From Haliotis cracherodii (Eukaryota), in assembly GCF_022045235.1 (NCBI RefSeq), contig NW_027266308.1, forward strand, positions 44,082,001 through 44,146,000: a stretch of 64,000 nt of DNA. The letters run 5' to 3'. Within the stretch, counting starts at the first letter, position 1. Each line of letters begins with the position of its first letter. Made by a program: the position numbers and the translations under genes. Below, piece after piece: positions 62,201-64,000 of this stretch. Under the pieces are notes generated by a model. It was given only the letters and a program-made list of their open reading frames with translations. It was not told the DNA's origin and made no database searches.

Positions 62201-62572
62201 TCTAACAGGGGCACGGATGGCCCAGTCGTCTAAGGCGCCGCGGTTTGCTGTGCAGAGTTGCCTCCCTTCGGACGCTCCAGAAACCTATGAGTGTGGGTTC
62301 GAACCTCGGTTAGCCCCGATTAGGTTAGTCACCACCATACCTGTGCTCGTGGGTTTCACCGAAGTGGTAAACGTCTGAGACCTGCATCACTTCGGGCTTT
62401 CCTCCCACATTAAGCTGACACGACGCGATATCAATGTAATACTGTTAAAAGCGGCGTTAAACCCACACACACACGCTTCTCTCTCACATAGAGACGCACA
62501 TTTGTGCCTGCTCGCTCACATAGAGACACACATTCTTGCTTTCTCTCTCACATAGTGACGCATATTCTCTCA
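59251..62572. repeat. 32-bp pyrimidine-rich satellite (about 95 units)
   Basis: Consensus cacatagagacacatattcttgccttctctct; period given by 61801 and 61833. Confidence 0.96.
62208..62474 (+). mobile_element. SINE family V inserted near the right edge of the 32-bp satellite
   Basis: Full head to tail; TSD cttctctct(a/c)aca (62195-62207, 62476-62488). Confidence 0.9.
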
Positions 62573-62884
62573 CAATCGATAAAAATGAGAATCAACAATG
62601 TTTGATCCGAGTGCCTGTCTTAGCCAATGGGTCCACTTGCACAAGGCGATCAGGGCGCTCAGGTAACTCCCTTGCTTTAACATGGGCTTACAATAGCCGT
62701 AGCGCTAAGATCGCTTCATGCAAGTGGGCCCTGGATTGCTTGGCTGCCGTAAGACAACATTCATTCAATCTCTCGCTCAATGGTTCACACATGTACTATG
62801 CAATCCATTAAATATATGTGTGATTTTACATGTATATTTTACATAGTGTGTAATGTGTGCATCTGAGCGGGGCCTCAGCCAGTC

Positions 62885-62995
62885 AGTGAGACAATCAGTG
62901 AGGTCACGCCGCTTTTAGCAATATTCCAACAATATCACGGCTGGGGACACCGGAAATCGGCTTCATACACTTTAACCACTAGGGTGCCCCACCGA
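62885..62995 (-). mobile_element. SINE family D, internally deleted
   Basis: acgccgcttttagcaatattcca.caatatcacggc.ggggacacc...tttaaccactagg. Confidence 0.75.
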
Positions 62996-63009
62996 GGTTT
63001 ATCTTCAAT

Positions 63010-63135
63010 GAGTGAGGGACTGAATGTTGTTGAATGCCGCAGTCAGTATTGGAGCTATATCACAACGACCTATAAAACACCAAACCCCGTACAGACACAC
63101 CAGTGGTTGATAGTATGATCAAATATCCGCACCTA
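63010..63135 (-). mobile_element. SINE family X, very degraded 3' half
   Basis: gttgttgaatgccgcagtcagtattggagctatat...cagacacaccagtggttga. Confidence 0.45.
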
Positions 63136-64000
63136 TGCACACTCCAGACTTCATTCACGATTTCAAACACCTACCTTATATATCCAGCGAAAGTTAAACT
63201 TTTCACATTGAAATAGCATCCTCTATTACGGCGTTTGAATCTGTACAACGATAACCGACACGAACAACATGGCAGAGCTCTGTTGCCAATCTGCTCTCAA
63301 ATACGTAATGCGTTTAGACCTGTGTAGCAATCCGTCGCCGCTACTATCTACAATTGTCATGGCGTCATAGACAGGGTGACGTCACATTCATATAGTTATA
63401 TTGTCGTGACGTCACGTCAGCTGATTCCCGTCTTAAGCTGGTTCCCGGCTCCCTATGCGCGTCGTCAACTTGCTCCATCTTGATATTAGAGACGGGCCCA
63501 GCTTATGCTCAACCTCAGCGCGTTATGAAGAGGTGGATCCTTTATTAAGGTGACACCTATATGTACCAAACAATTGACTGACATCATGATTATAAAATGT
63601 GAACCTTAAGACATTATATGGTTCAGTTTAATAATGAAATATGTTTTTTTTATTCAAAGTTAAGGTGTAATAGAAATAGAAAAATGAAATAGCTTCCTTG
63701 CTTAAACACAAATCTGGATATAAGACATAAATAAAAATGGTGGCCTTGTAACAGTTTAGTTTTTAAAGAAATACGAATTTAAAAGAAAACGTGCTTTTGC
63801 AAGATTATCACGTGGCATATATAAAAAAAACCAACACATGATATTTTGTTATGTATTAAGTATCAGTTTCCAAGGCAACAGTCTGCAAGATTAAAGGTTA
63901 TGCTGTTTGACGACAGCAGTAATGGCGCGTTTCAACTTCATTTAAATGGCGACAGTAATGTAAATAACACGATAAACCGATGCCAGTTGATACCAAATTA

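Overview
Eukaryotic, AT-rich, repeat-dominated genomic DNA. The SINE complement suggests a mollusc, probably an abalone-like gastropod (inference, no database search run). There is one convincing protein-coding gene: an intronless-CDS RING + TRAF-type zinc finger + coiled-coil E3-ligase-like gene (51393-52382, +) with a C-terminal domain I cannot assign. About a third of the window is tandem repeat: 55-, 27-, 26-, 67-, 37-, 73- and 32-bp arrays plus a 3.7-kb punctuated (AGT)n array, several with higher-order structure. The rest is mostly transposon debris: Tc1/mariner and pogo-like remnants and MITEs, L2-like, R4/Dong-like and two RTEX-like LINE 3' fragments, and four SINE families. The four SINE families have different heads but share one covarying 3' stem-loop. 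One family lacks a tRNA head and instead carries a putative pseudoknotted 5' RNA element. A 141-N assembly gap lies at 46765-46905. Nearly all ORF-track entries other than the RING gene and the TE fragments are spurious. No rRNA, bona fide tRNA, CRISPR array or canonical hammerhead ribozyme was found.
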